Shown in pieces: positions 47,496 to 56,846 of a stretch of 64,000 nt of DNA. Under the pieces are notes generated by a model. It was given only the letters and a program-made list of their open reading frames with translations. It was not told the origin of the DNA and did no database searches. The position numbers and the translations under genes are program-made. Origin of the DNA: Dehalococcoidia bacterium (GTDB lineage: Bacteria > Chloroflexota > Dehalococcoidia > Dehalococcoidales > UBA3254); NCBI GenBank assembly GCA_025361145.1, contig JANYAV010000015.1:38699-102698 (forward strand), written 5' to 3'. How positions within the stretch are numbered: the stretch's first letter is position 1; the number at the start of each line of letters is the position of its first letter.

Positions 47496-48290
47496 TCAGC
47501 TTTTATCAACTTGCTTATTGGTCATATCAGTCAGTTTTATCTCCGGATGGTGGTACCTCTCATACCCCGCAGTTTTCTTGCCGTATTGGATGGCCTTCTG
47601 CGGACACCACTGAATGCAGGCTAAACACTGTTCGCAATGATGCTGCCAAGCCGGTTTGCCTGACTCCATCTTGATGTTTTCCGCCGGGCAGACCTGGCGG
47701 CAGATGGCGCAGGAATTGCACCTTTCATCCACCCAGAAGGAGCCGTCCATGGTGCGTACTTGTTTAAAACTGACCCTATAGAGCAGATTAAAGACGATCC
47801 CCGGCCAGAAAGGTCCTTTATCAACCGGTTTTTCTTCCCGATTTTGAATGACAGGCAGGATAGCGGCGATTTTCTGAGCGGCCGCGGCGATGATCTTTTC
47901 CTGCAATTCCTTAGCTACCGCTCCGCCCCACGGAAGATAGTTGGAGGGCAGCTGGACCTCATAGCCGGCCGAGAGTTTGAGTCCGTTCTGCTTACAGAGT
48001 CTCTTGAACTGGACTAGCGTGTTGGCTACCTGGCCGGCGTCTACCGCTACCGCGAAAAGATAGTCAGGAGAGAGAGCTTTCGACTCGCGAATAAAGCGGA
48101 GGATGGGGGCGGGCACGCCCCACATATGGACCGGGAAGACCACTCCGATCACTTTGGAGGTTATGGGTTGCTTGTCCTTAAGCCAGCTTGCAATAGAGAC
48201 TACGTCAGCCTCCCCCAGGGCTTTAGCCAGGGTGCGGGCCACCCATAATGAGTTGCCCGTGCCAGTATAATAAAAGACAGTGGTTTTCAT
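47496..48290 (-). CDS. EFR1-family ferredoxin (flavodoxin-like domain plus 2x[4Fe-4S])
   Basis: FYYTGTGNS N-terminus; CNSCAICRQVCP and CEQCLACIQWCP clusters. Confidence 0.85.
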   Translation of the reverse strand: MKTTVFYYTGTGNSLWVARTLAKALGEADVVSIASWLKDKQPITSKVIGVVFPVHMWGVPAPILRFIRESKALSPDYLFAVAVDAGQVANTLVQFKRLCKQNGLKLSAGYEVQLPSNYLPWGGAVAKELQEKIIAAAAQKIAAILPVIQNREEKPVDKGPFWPGIVFNLLYRVSFKQVRTMDGSFWVDERCNSCAICRQVCPAENIKMESGKPAWQHHCEQCLACIQWCPQKAIQYGKKTAGYERYHHPEIKLTDMTNKQVDKS

Positions 48291-48328
48291 ATAACCTCCG
48301 TGTAACTAAAAAGTATTCGTTAATATTC

Positions 48329-48410
48329 CGGATTTGGGATTATTTTAACCCATTAGTCCTAGAATCTACAACATGAAGTTTTCGGTCGGATTTGGGACTT
48401 CAGGTAATCT
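48329..48410 (+). repeat. Direct repeat of cggatttggga (x2), partial relative of the G-tract element
   Basis: 48329-48339 and 48387-48397. The second copy continues gggacttcaggtaatc, resembling the reverse complement of 54447-54480. Confidence 0.3.
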
Positions 48411-48421
48411 CAAATTAACAA

Positions 48422-48460
48422 TAAAAAGCTCTCCTGTTAAGAGGCCGGAGAGCTTTTTTA
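48422..48460 (-). terminator. Intrinsic terminator after the HicB-like gene
   Basis: aaaaAGCTCTCCtgttaagaggccGGAGAGCTttttt (bidirectional shape). Confidence 0.65.
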
Positions 48461-48483
48461 AAGCTGATGGGCTTAATGCGGTT

Positions 48484-48681
48484 TTAAGCTGTAATTTCGA
48501 TTTTCACCAGTTCCTCGGTTTCCTTTAATTCAACTGGTGACTTCAGCATCATTTCTGCGCAAATAGTTAATGATTCGAGGAGTTTCTTTTTAGTTTTCTC
48601 CTGCGCATTGATACCTGGAACATCGACTAACCAGCCGATCCACCATCCATCGCACTTCTTTATCAGCGCTCTATATTGCAT
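48484..48681 (-). CDS. HicB-like (UPF0150) small protein
   Basis: MQYRALIKKCDGWWIGWLVDVPGINAQEKTKKKLLESL. Start moved to ATG 48681, preceded by GGAGacGAGGAtaaa. Confidence 0.55.
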   Translation of the reverse strand: MQYRALIKKCDGWWIGWLVDVPGINAQEKTKKKLLESLTICAEMMLKSPVELKETEELVKIEITA

Positions 48682-48768
48682 TTTATCCTCGTCTCCCCGC
48701 TTTCGAAATTTATTATATATCGCTAAATCTTTTATTGTCATCTATTTGAAAAACTGGGATCTTCAGGA

Positions 48769-48939
48769 TTATTTTCGGATATTTTCAACGGCTTTGGCGA
48801 TGTCCTGCAACAAGTCTCCATAATAAGGCACTTTGGGCATCGCGTTTTTTATTTCAATTAAATCGTATTGTATATCCCCCAGCTTTTTTTCTATGCGGTT
48901 CAACGCTTCGATTAATTCTTTATTATCACCGTCTGCCAT
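48769..48939 (-). CDS. 56-aa helical protein, unknown function
   Basis: MADGDNKELIEALNRIEKKLGDIQYDL... AAGGAG lies 7 nt upstream of ATG 48939. The longer track ORF is antisense to a neighbouring gene start. Confidence 0.45.
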   Translation of the reverse strand: MADGDNKELIEALNRIEKKLGDIQYDLIEIKNAMPKVPYYGDLLQDIAKAVENIRK

Positions 48940-49051
48940 TTTATTGCTCCTTTTAATGTTATAATAAAACCTATCTACTTCCATTATAGTTCCGTCTGTA
49001 AGCGGCCAGTTTTCATATAATGAAAGAAGAAAGCATAAAAGGAGGCTGGAT

Positions 49052-49243
49052 GTGGATAAGAATAAAAAAATGAACGATACCAAGCCTAAAGTGGCCACCC
49101 AAATTTACAAGAAAGGCGACCATTATCATTGCGCCGTATGTCATTCTGAGGTTTCTGAGAAGCAAAATTGTCCAGACTGCCATGCCGAGATCGACTGGGA
49201 GAGGTCAAACGAAAATCAGACCATACCATTTTTCCCAGGGTAA
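49052..49243 (+). CDS. Small CxxC...CxxC zinc-ribbon protein
   Basis: HCAVCHSEVSEKQNCPDCH. GGAGG lies 6 nt upstream of GTG 49052. Confidence 0.45.
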   Translation: MDKNKKMNDTKPKVATQIYKKGDHYHCAVCHSEVSEKQNCPDCHAEIDWERSNENQTIPFFPG

Positions 49244-49299
49244 ACCGGTCAACTTTTAGCTGAAGCCATATTCCAAATAAATAAATCAAAGGAGCGTGC

Positions 49300-49749
49300 A
49301 TGATGGATACCTCTAAATGGGTACCTCCGGTTTACAATGATTATGGCATTACTCAGTGGGGTTGGAGGGTTAATCACAGGGAAAATTTCAAAGTGAGCAG
49401 CAATGCCTGGATCGGCAGCTTTTCCTGCATACAGGCTAAATACGGCGTAGAAGTACAGGATGATGTGATCATTGGACAAAGTTGCGTGATCACGAGTTAT
49501 TCGATGATCTCAGGTAAGTCGGGTAAAGTAACCTTAAAAAAGGGTTGTAAAATCGGTGCCCAGACTACTATTGCGCCTGGAGTAACTATAGGTGAGAATT
49601 CCATCGTAGGGGCCAACAGCTATGTAGATAAGGACATTCCGGACGGAGAAGTCTGGTTCGGGACGCCTGCCCAACATGTAAACGATATTGCTGACATGAA
49701 GAAAGACAAACCCTCGATTTACCCGGACAATCCCAACGTTCCGATGTGA
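49300..49749 (+). CDS. Hexapeptide-repeat (left-handed beta-helix) acyltransferase
   Basis: Repeating [LIV]G-x4 pattern: IGQSCVITS...IGAQTTIAPGVTIGENSIVGANSYV. Confidence 0.8.
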   Translation: MMDTSKWVPPVYNDYGITQWGWRVNHRENFKVSSNAWIGSFSCIQAKYGVEVQDDVIIGQSCVITSYSMISGKSGKVTLKKGCKIGAQTTIAPGVTIGENSIVGANSYVDKDIPDGEVWFGTPAQHVNDIADMKKDKPSIYPDNPNVPM

Positions 49750-49800
49750 AAACTGATTTAAGATTTATGAATATGCAGACTGGACAAACACTGGATTGGG

Positions 49801-49845
49801 TTGACTATGTACCCAATTAGGGTAAAATAATACCCATTATGGGTA
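49801..49845 (+). promoter_or_regulatory. Candidate promoter TTGACT-16-TAAAAT overlapped by two TACCC-N5-GGGTA palindromes
   Basis: tacccaattagggta (49810-49824) and tacccattatgggta (49831-49845), centres 21 bp apart, about 90 nt upstream of the MBL gene. Confidence 0.5.
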
Positions 49846-49934
49846 ACAGCATTAAAACAGAGATGAATTATCCCGAGTTAACCAGTAAGCTTTAAATTAA
49901 GCTGCTAGCTGATTTATTTCAGAGGGGGGTTAGC

Positions 49935-50759
49935 ATGATAGAGAAACTCTCTGATAATGTTTACGTAGAGACTGGGGTGCGCGGCTGCAACCACAGTTTC
50001 GTGATAACCACCGATGGCGTGGTCATGATCGATACTCCCCAGTACCCGACTGATTCAGTGAAATGGCGGGAAGAAATTGCCAAATTTGGCCCCGTGCGCT
50101 ACATCATCAATACCGAGCCCCATCCCGACCATTGCGCTGGCAATTATTTCTTTGAAGGTACGGTTATCGCGCACGAGGGGACCCGACAGACCATACTGGC
50201 TAATCCGGTGCAGTCTTACCTGGAGATGCTCAAGCAAACCGACCCGCCCAGCCTTTCTTTAGTTCAAAATTACAGCTTCCGGCCACCCACCATCACCCTG
50301 ACTGATAAAATGACGCTGTACCTTGGCAAACACACCTTCCAATTGGCTAACTTCCCCGGCCATACGCCCTTCCAGGTGCCGGTTTATGTGCCCGAAGAAA
50401 AGATACTTTTTTCCTCCGATAACGTTACCAATAACGTGCTGCCTTATATTTCGGCCAACGCCCTGCCCCTGGCCTGGATCGAGTCTCTGGTAAAAATGCA
50501 GAACTTTGACGCCAAAGTACTGGTGCCGGGACATGGCAATCTCTGTGATAAGAGCTATATTCCTCAGATGATTGCCCTGATGAAGCTGTGGCTCAAAGCG
50601 GTGGCCGATGCCATTGAAAAAGGAATGAGTCTGGAAGAGGCCCAGGACACAATCGACCTGCGGGACAAGTACCAGGGCTCGGGGAGATCACCGGAACGGA
50701 TGGCGCAGACCCAGAAAATGAATGTGAAGAAGATCTACGAGATGTTGAAGGGCGGGTAA
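49935..50759 (+). CDS. MBL-fold metallo-hydrolase
   Basis: NTEPHPDHCAGN (HxHxDH variant)...PGHG. Confidence 0.85.
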   Translation: MIEKLSDNVYVETGVRGCNHSFVITTDGVVMIDTPQYPTDSVKWREEIAKFGPVRYIINTEPHPDHCAGNYFFEGTVIAHEGTRQTILANPVQSYLEMLKQTDPPSLSLVQNYSFRPPTITLTDKMTLYLGKHTFQLANFPGHTPFQVPVYVPEEKILFSSDNVTNNVLPYISANALPLAWIESLVKMQNFDAKVLVPGHGNLCDKSYIPQMIALMKLWLKAVADAIEKGMSLEEAQDTIDLRDKYQGSGRSPERMAQTQKMNVKKIYEMLKGG

Positions 50760-50780
50760 GTTCAGCTATAAGCTCCGACT

Positions 50781-51176
50781 CTAGCTCAATCCCTCCACGA
50801 TTTCCACCGCGGATTTAACCAGGTTGGGGCAGAGGTTGTCCTGGCTGGGCTGAGATGCCTTGAGTTCACGGCAGATAAGAGAGCCGTGGCGGGTGAGGAA
50901 CTCTTTATTGAACTCAACGATCTGGGCATTGATCTTTTCCCTGTGCTTTTTCGGCGCGGCCGGATCAAGGGGCAATTTAAGGCCCAGCACCATGTAAGCA
51001 GCAATGACCGCCCCACAGACACTGCCGGAACCTCCCAGGCCTCCCCCGAACCCCAGGGTGATCTTGAGGGCTGTTTCTTTATCTATTCCGAGATCGTCAA
51101 AAGCCGCGATGGTGTTCTGCGCGCAGTTGGCCTGGTGAACAACCATGGCAGCGTAGGCTTTTTGGGATCGGGTCAT
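50781..51176 (-). CDS. C_GCAxxG_C_C family protein
   Basis: NCAQN...GSVCGAVIAA...CRELK...CPNLV. Confidence 0.85.
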   Translation of the reverse strand: MTRSQKAYAAMVVHQANCAQNTIAAFDDLGIDKETALKITLGFGGGLGGSGSVCGAVIAAYMVLGLKLPLDPAAPKKHREKINAQIVEFNKEFLTRHGSLICRELKASQPSQDNLCPNLVKSAVEIVEGLS

Positions 51177-51225
51177 TTTTTCTCCTATGGGCTTTCATTC
51201 TCCCGATGAATTCGGGGCCTTCTCA

Positions 51226-52590
51226 CTATTTTATCCAGACAGTTTTAATGTTTACGAATTCTTTGATTCCGTAATCAGCTAGTTCCCGACCATAGCCGGA
51301 GTTTTTAATTCCGCCAAAGGATAAGCGGGGGTCTGATTTTACGATACCATTAATGAATACCATACCACTTTCAATCCTGTTAGCCAGTATTACGGCTCTT
51401 TTCCTGTCATTAGTCCAGATAGACGCGCCCAGACCAAACGCTGTATCATTGGCTAGATTTACAGCTTCTTCCTCATCTTCAACCTGGATTAAAGCAGCCA
51501 CAGGACCGAACAGCTCTTCATCATAAGCCGGCATGCCTTTATGAACATTGGCCAGTATAGTAGGCTGAAAATAAAATCCCGGGCCGTTTATGCTTTGCCC
51601 GCCGCATAATATCACTGCCCCGTTTTCGCAGGATCGTTTAACCTGTCTTTCCAATTCAATCCGTAAATCCTCACGAGCGAGAGGGCCCAGCTCGGTTTGC
51701 AGGTCGATAGGGTCGCCGACTTTCACCTGCCGCATTAATTTGACCAATTTTTGTTCAAAATCAGTATAAACACTTTTTACGATAATCAAGCGTTTGGCTG
51801 CAATGCAACTCTGGCCGTTATTGATCAGACGGCCGGCTATGGCGGCCCTGGCGGCAGTTTCAAGATCCGCGTCAGGGAGAACAATAAAAGGATCGTTTCC
51901 GCCAAGCTCCAACACGATTTTTTTCAGATATCTGCCGGATATCGCTGCTACCTGACGCCCCGCTGCTTCACTTCCCGTTAGCGTGACCCCTTTAATGGCT
52001 GGAAGGCTGATTATTTCTTCAATATTTTGGGGGCCGGATAATAAGGTGGTGAAGGTACCGGATGGAAAACCGGCCTGAGAGAAGATTTCCTGGATGGCTA
52101 AAGCAGTTAGGGGGACATTAGAGGCGTGTTTAAGAAGTGCTACGTTACCTGCCATTAAGGCCGGAACAGCGAAGCGAAAGACCTGCCAGAAAGGATAATT
52201 CCAGGGCATTATTGCCAGAATAACACCCAGAGGTTCAAACTGCATATAGCTTTCAGAAGCATCCGTAGAGACAACTTCACGCGTAAGTATTTTTTCGGTA
52301 TTCTCAGCATAGTAGTCGCAAACCACGGCACACTTTTCCACTTCCGCAATTGCCTGGGACAAAGGTTTCCCCATCTCCTGTGTAATGAGTCGTCCGTAAA
52401 TATTACTTTTATCGCGCAGAATACCGGCGACCTTTTTCATCAAAATCCCGCGTTCAGGAAAGGCCACGTTTCTCCAGTTTTTAAAAGCCTCACCAGCTTT
52501 TGTGACGATCTTTTCAATTTCTTCCCGGGAAAGTTCAGGAAAAGACTGAATCTCTTTTCCAGTAGCCGGATTGATAGATTTAATTGGCAT
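51226..52590 (-). CDS. NAD(P)-dependent aldehyde dehydrogenase (succinate-semialdehyde dehydrogenase-like)
   Basis: ELGGNDP and GQSCIAAKR catalytic motifs, 454 aa. Confidence 0.9.
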   Translation of the reverse strand: MPIKSINPATGKEIQSFPELSREEIEKIVTKAGEAFKNWRNVAFPERGILMKKVAGILRDKSNIYGRLITQEMGKPLSQAIAEVEKCAVVCDYYAENTEKILTREVVSTDASESYMQFEPLGVILAIMPWNYPFWQVFRFAVPALMAGNVALLKHASNVPLTALAIQEIFSQAGFPSGTFTTLLSGPQNIEEIISLPAIKGVTLTGSEAAGRQVAAISGRYLKKIVLELGGNDPFIVLPDADLETAARAAIAGRLINNGQSCIAAKRLIIVKSVYTDFEQKLVKLMRQVKVGDPIDLQTELGPLAREDLRIELERQVKRSCENGAVILCGGQSINGPGFYFQPTILANVHKGMPAYDEELFGPVAALIQVEDEEEAVNLANDTAFGLGASIWTNDRKRAVILANRIESGMVFINGIVKSDPRLSFGGIKNSGYGRELADYGIKEFVNIKTVWIK

Positions 52591-52621
52591 TTAGCGAAAC
52601 TCCTGAGAGTGGGGTTATAAA

Positions 52622-53425
52622 CTAATCTTGATCGATGGGTGATGGATCCTTCTTCTTCAATCTGACTTTAAAGATGATGATTGGGACAGTGATCAGGAGA
52701 ACGATCAGGCCGATGAACTGGGCCTGGTGCATGCCGAAAATAAAGGGCGTACCTGCGCGTATGTATTCAATACCGAAGCGCCAGGCGCCGTAAAGAGCGA
52801 AATAGACGGTAAATAGCCCACCTTTGGGTTTGAGTCTATCGCGCAGCAGCATCAAGATGCCAAAAACGATTAAATCATAACCGATTTCAAAAACTTGAGT
52901 GGGCAACACCGGAATACCTAAAGGTGCGTAAGAGCCGGGCGAGGTATAGATGACCGCGCAGCCGGAGTTGGACTCCAGCCCATAACAGCAGCCATTTAAA
53001 GTGCAGCCTACCCGGCCGATGGCCTGAGCAATCATAATGCCAGGGGCCATCATATCGCCGAATTCAGGAAAGCGAAATTGTTTAGAAAAATAGCTGTATA
53101 ACCAGATTCCCAGGGTCGCCCCCAGGACGGCACCCCAGATAGTAAGCCCCTGGCCGCTGAATATCTGGCCGAGATTATGCGAATAATATTGCCACTGGTC
53201 GATCACGTGGAGCAGCTTGGAGAAGATGATACCGGAAAAAACAGCCACAATAGACACGTTTAAAGCGGTATCGGTGCTGATAACTTTATACTTACGGTTT
53301 TGCCAGATAACCCAGCTCAGCATAAAAAGCACTGCCAGGGACACCATGACCCCGTACCAGCCCACCGTCAGCGGGCCGATATGGAAAATAATCGGATTGA
53401 CATTGATATAAATAACCTCAGGCAT
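52622..53425 (-). CDS. lgt: Prolipoprotein diacylglyceryl transferase
   Basis: GRVGCTLNGCCYG motif, polytopic. Confidence 0.92.
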   Translation of the reverse strand: MPEVIYINVNPIIFHIGPLTVGWYGVMVSLAVLFMLSWVIWQNRKYKVISTDTALNVSIVAVFSGIIFSKLLHVIDQWQYYSHNLGQIFSGQGLTIWGAVLGATLGIWLYSYFSKQFRFPEFGDMMAPGIMIAQAIGRVGCTLNGCCYGLESNSGCAVIYTSPGSYAPLGIPVLPTQVFEIGYDLIVFGILMLLRDRLKPKGGLFTVYFALYGAWRFGIEYIRAGTPFIFGMHQAQFIGLIVLLITVPIIIFKVRLKKKDPSPIDQD

Positions 53426-53443
53426 AACACCTATCCTCCAGAA

Positions 53444-54346
53444 TTAGCCACTGAGCGCGTCCACGAAAGCCCGGGCGTTAAAGGCGGCAATGTCCTCCAT
53501 GTGCTCTCCCACACCGATATATTTAACCGGGATTTTTAACTGATCGCAAATAGCCAGCGCGATGCCGCCCCGGGCGGTCCCGTCCAGCTTGGCTAGAAAG
53601 ATACCTGTAACTCCGGCGGCCTCGGTGAAATTTTTAGCCTGCAGAAGACCGTTTTGGCCGGTGGTGGCGTCCAGCACCAACAGTACTTCATGAGGGGCGG
53701 TCAGGTCAGTCTTATTAACCACTTTCCTGATTTTTTTCAGCTCTTCCATCAGGTTGAACTTGGTATGCAGGCGTCCGGCGGTATCGATGATTAAAAGCTG
53801 CGAGCCGCGGCTTTTAGCGGCAGCCATAGCGTCATAAACCACCGCTCCCGGATCTGCGCCAGGCTGATGGGCGACGATGTCTACCCCCGCCCTTTCCGCC
53901 CAGGTCCTGAGCTGGTCGATAGCGGCGGCCCTGAAGGTATCTCCCGCGGCCAACAAGACCGATTTGCCTTCACTTTTATAGAGATGGGCCAGCTTGGCGA
54001 TGGAGGTGGTCTTACCGGAGCCGTTGACCCCGATTACCAGAATGACTTCGGGGGGGGCGGCGACTTTGGGCGAAACAGCGGGGAGATCCAGTATAACCAC
54101 CATTTCCTGTTTCAAAGCCTCGCGCACCTGGGGGCCGTCATTAAGCTTTTCCTTTTTAACCCGCTCTTTGGTGCTGGTAATTAATTTTTCGGTGGTATCC
54201 ATACCTACGTCGGCCGCGATCAAGAGTTCTTCCAATTCCAGCCAGATAGACTCATCGATGGTCGAGCGGTCGAAAAGGTGCATGGCTTTAGAAAACCAGC
54301 CTTCTTTGGAGGGCTGGAGGGCTTTTTTAAATAAATTTTTAAACAA
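53444..54346 (-). CDS. ftsY: Signal recognition particle receptor FtsY
   Basis: [31 protein letters not shown]. Confidence 0.95.
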   Translation of the reverse strand: MFKNLFKKALQPSKEGWFSKAMHLFDRSTIDESIWLELEELLIAADVGMDTTEKLITSTKERVKKEKLNDGPQVREALKQEMVVILDLPAVSPKVAAPPEVILVIGVNGSGKTTSIAKLAHLYKSEGKSVLLAAGDTFRAAAIDQLRTWAERAGVDIVAHQPGADPGAVVYDAMAAAKSRGSQLLIIDTAGRLHTKFNLMEELKKIRKVVNKTDLTAPHEVLLVLDATTGQNGLLQAKNFTEAAGVTGIFLAKLDGTARGGIALAICDQLKIPVKYIGVGEHMEDIAAFNARAFVDALSG

Positions 54347-54410
54347 TTAACAAAGCTCCAAATCACAAAAATCCACTGCGTATTATCGGGTATATCCCTA
54401 CAATTACACT

Positions 54411-54485
54411 CTAACAGTTACCAGTTTCAAGTTTCAAGTTGAAACAGGCTTTCAGCAATGACCTGAAAGCCAAATCCCAAGATAC
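54411..54485 (-). repeat. 3'-intergenic element copy E (G-tract, 9-bp hairpin, four CT-phased heptads)
   Basis: Minus strand: atcttgggatttGGCTTTCAGgtcattgCTGAAAGCCtgtttcaa cttgaaa cttgaaa ctggtaa ctgttag. Follows the helicase stop. Confidence 0.55.
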
Positions 54486-54533
54486 AAGAGACAATAACCA
54501 AATCAAATTGCAACGCTTTATTAATGACTGCCG

Positions 54534-56834
54534 CTAGGCTTGATGAGGGCCGCGGCCGAGGAGTTCTTCCAGGATGATGACCGCGGCTTTTTTGTCCAGG
54601 GGCTCGTTATTATTTCCGCACTTGGGGGACTGGATGCAGCTGGGACAGCCCTCCTGGCAAGGGCATTCGAGGATAGAATGGTAGGTAGCTTCCCACAGGT
54701 CTTTGATCAATTCATAGCCTTTTTCGGCAATGCCGATACCACCCGGGTGGGCATCATAAATAAAGATCTGACCCTTAGCTGTGTCGACATGGAAGGGAGT
54801 AGAAACGCCGCCGATATCATTGCGGTCACACAGGGCGAATAGCGGCAAAATGCCGATAGCGGCATGCTCGACAGCATGAATCCCTCCGAAAAAGTCCGCA
54901 CCGGCTTCGGCGATGCGGGTGATCGCGGTGGCGGGCAGATCAAACCAGAGCGAGATGGTGTTGAATACCTGGGGAGGCAGGTCGAGAGGCTCCTCCCCCA
55001 ATATCTCTTCCGTTAATTGGGCCTTGCGGCGGTAGCCGATCACGCTGTTATTGACCTCAACCTCTCCCAGACAGACGGTGGCGGGTCCGCTTTTCTGCCG
55101 CTGCTGTTCTTTGATGATCTTGAGGTCGGAAAGCTCGGTGACCCGGGTGTAGTAATTAACCTCAGCCGGTTCGACATAAGCGGTGCGGCCCGCGATATCC
55201 AGTTTAGTGACCAGATAAGTGTCGCCCTGATGCAGGAAAATGGCGCCGGTGTGCACCATGAAAAAGGCCTGAGAGGATTCGATGGTCTCCAGCGGCTGAT
55301 CGGTGGAAGTATCGATAATACTATAGTTCTGGCCGGAAGTAGAGCGGATATTGATGGCCTGGGCCGGGTAGGCAATACCAGATGGAATATACCACAAGCT
55401 GCCGCGCTGTTTGAGCTGGTTTTGCTGTGTCATTGCCTGGATCTCAGGGAGCATAGATGTGCCAAAATAGACAGTGTCCCTCTCGCTGAGGGGTTTTTCC
55501 CAGGAGGCACAGGCCAGGTGCGCCTGCAAGATATAATGGTTCGCGGGATTAATCAGGGCATTTTCAAAATTCCTGGCAAAGAAATTCTCGGGGTGGCGCA
55601 TGAAATACTGGTCCAGTGGATTATCAGTGCCGATCAGGAAGCTGATGGCTTTTTGATTGCTGCGACCGCTGCGGCCAGCCTGCTGCCAGGTGCTGGAGAC
55701 GCTGCCGGGATAGCCGGTCAAAACAGTGGCTTCAAGGTCGCCGATATCTATGCCCACTTCCAGGGCGTTAGTGGCCACCACGCCAATCAATTTGCCGGTG
55801 AAAAGCTCTTTTTCGATCTTGCGGCGATCCTGTGCTAGATAGCCTGCGCGGTATGGCCGGATCTTGTTGGCCAGGAGGTGGTCGATCTTCGCCAATCTCT
55901 GACGGGAATAGTTATAAATAAGCTCGGTGAGACGGCGAGTGCGGGCGAAAGTAAGAGTGCGGATTTCCTTTTCCACAAGTTCGGTAAATATGAAGGTGGC
56001 CTCGCCATTGGCCGAACGGCGGCTCTCTTTCTTATCATCGACCAGGGGCGGGTTCCAGAAAACGAAGTCTTTGCCGCCGTGCGGGGAGCCGTCATTAGAA
56101 ACCACGGTGAAGGGCAGACCGGTTAGCTTTTCGGCATGTTCGCCTGGGTTGGCAATCGTGGCGGAACAGCAAATAAACTGAGGCCTCGTGCCGTAAATCT
56201 CGCATAAGCGGCGCAGCCGGCGCAGGACGAGGGCCACGTGCGAACCGAAAACACCGCGGTACATATGGGCTTCATCGACTATTACGTATCTGAGCCGTCT
56301 CAGGAGGCGTGCCCAGGACTGGTGGTTGGGCAGGATTCCGAGGTGCAGCATGTCTGGATTGGTGATCAGAATCCGGGCGTTCTTTTTGATATCGAAGCGT
56401 TCATTCTGGGGCGTATCCCCGTCGAAGGTGGCGCATTCATCGCTTTCCAAAATGTCCGGGCAAAACTGCTCACGCATTCTGAGCAGCTGGTCCTGGGCCA
56501 AAGCTTTAGTGGGGAACAAATACAGGGCGCGGCTGCTTTTTTCAGTCAGCAGGGCTTCCAGGACCGGAATGTTATAACACAGGCTTTTACCACTGGCGGA
56601 GGAGGTGGCCACCATGACGTTACCACCGTTGCGGGCGGCGTTGACGGCGGTGGCTTGATGCCCATAGAGCGGCCAGAGCGCGTTGTCATCCAGACACTGC
56701 TGCAACTTCCTGGCCAGAGGACGCTCCAGCTCGCCGAAATCAGCGGAGCGGGGCGGGATGTGTTCGATATGGGCGATCTGGTCGCTATATTCGGGCTGGG
56801 CGGTGAGATGGTGCAGAAAGCCTGCAGTATCCAA
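54534..56834 (-). CDS. DEAD/DEAH-box helicase with C-terminal DUF1998 zinc module (YprA/MrfA-like)
   Basis: Walker A TSSASGKS, DEAH in VIVDEAHMYRG, C-terminal CPCQEGCPSCIQSPKCGNNN. Confidence 0.9.
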   Translation of the reverse strand: MDTAGFLHHLTAQPEYSDQIAHIEHIPPRSADFGELERPLARKLQQCLDDNALWPLYGHQATAVNAARNGGNVMVATSSASGKSLCYNIPVLEALLTEKSSRALYLFPTKALAQDQLLRMREQFCPDILESDECATFDGDTPQNERFDIKKNARILITNPDMLHLGILPNHQSWARLLRRLRYVIVDEAHMYRGVFGSHVALVLRRLRRLCEIYGTRPQFICCSATIANPGEHAEKLTGLPFTVVSNDGSPHGGKDFVFWNPPLVDDKKESRRSANGEATFIFTELVEKEIRTLTFARTRRLTELIYNYSRQRLAKIDHLLANKIRPYRAGYLAQDRRKIEKELFTGKLIGVVATNALEVGIDIGDLEATVLTGYPGSVSSTWQQAGRSGRSNQKAISFLIGTDNPLDQYFMRHPENFFARNFENALINPANHYILQAHLACASWEKPLSERDTVYFGTSMLPEIQAMTQQNQLKQRGSLWYIPSGIAYPAQAINIRSTSGQNYSIIDTSTDQPLETIESSQAFFMVHTGAIFLHQGDTYLVTKLDIAGRTAYVEPAEVNYYTRVTELSDLKIIKEQQRQKSGPATVCLGEVEVNNSVIGYRRKAQLTEEILGEEPLDLPPQVFNTISLWFDLPATAITRIAEAGADFFGGIHAVEHAAIGILPLFALCDRNDIGGVSTPFHVDTAKGQIFIYDAHPGGIGIAEKGYELIKDLWEATYHSILECPCQEGCPSCIQSPKCGNNNEPLDKKAAVIILEELLGRGPHQA

Positions 56835-56846
56835 GCCTTGCCTCCC

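Noticed and set aside
48940-49098. Long form (109 aa) of ORF 48769..49098
   Set aside because: The hydrophobic N-terminal part is antisense to the start of the 49052 zinc-ribbon gene and has no RBS. The internal ATG 48939 has AAGGAG.
54411-54448. GTTGAAAC/GTTTCAAG-type heptads considered as degenerate CRISPR repeats (also 17129-17157)
   Set aside because: The units are 7 nt and contiguous. There is no 24-40-nt repeat/spacer periodicity and no cas genes in the window.
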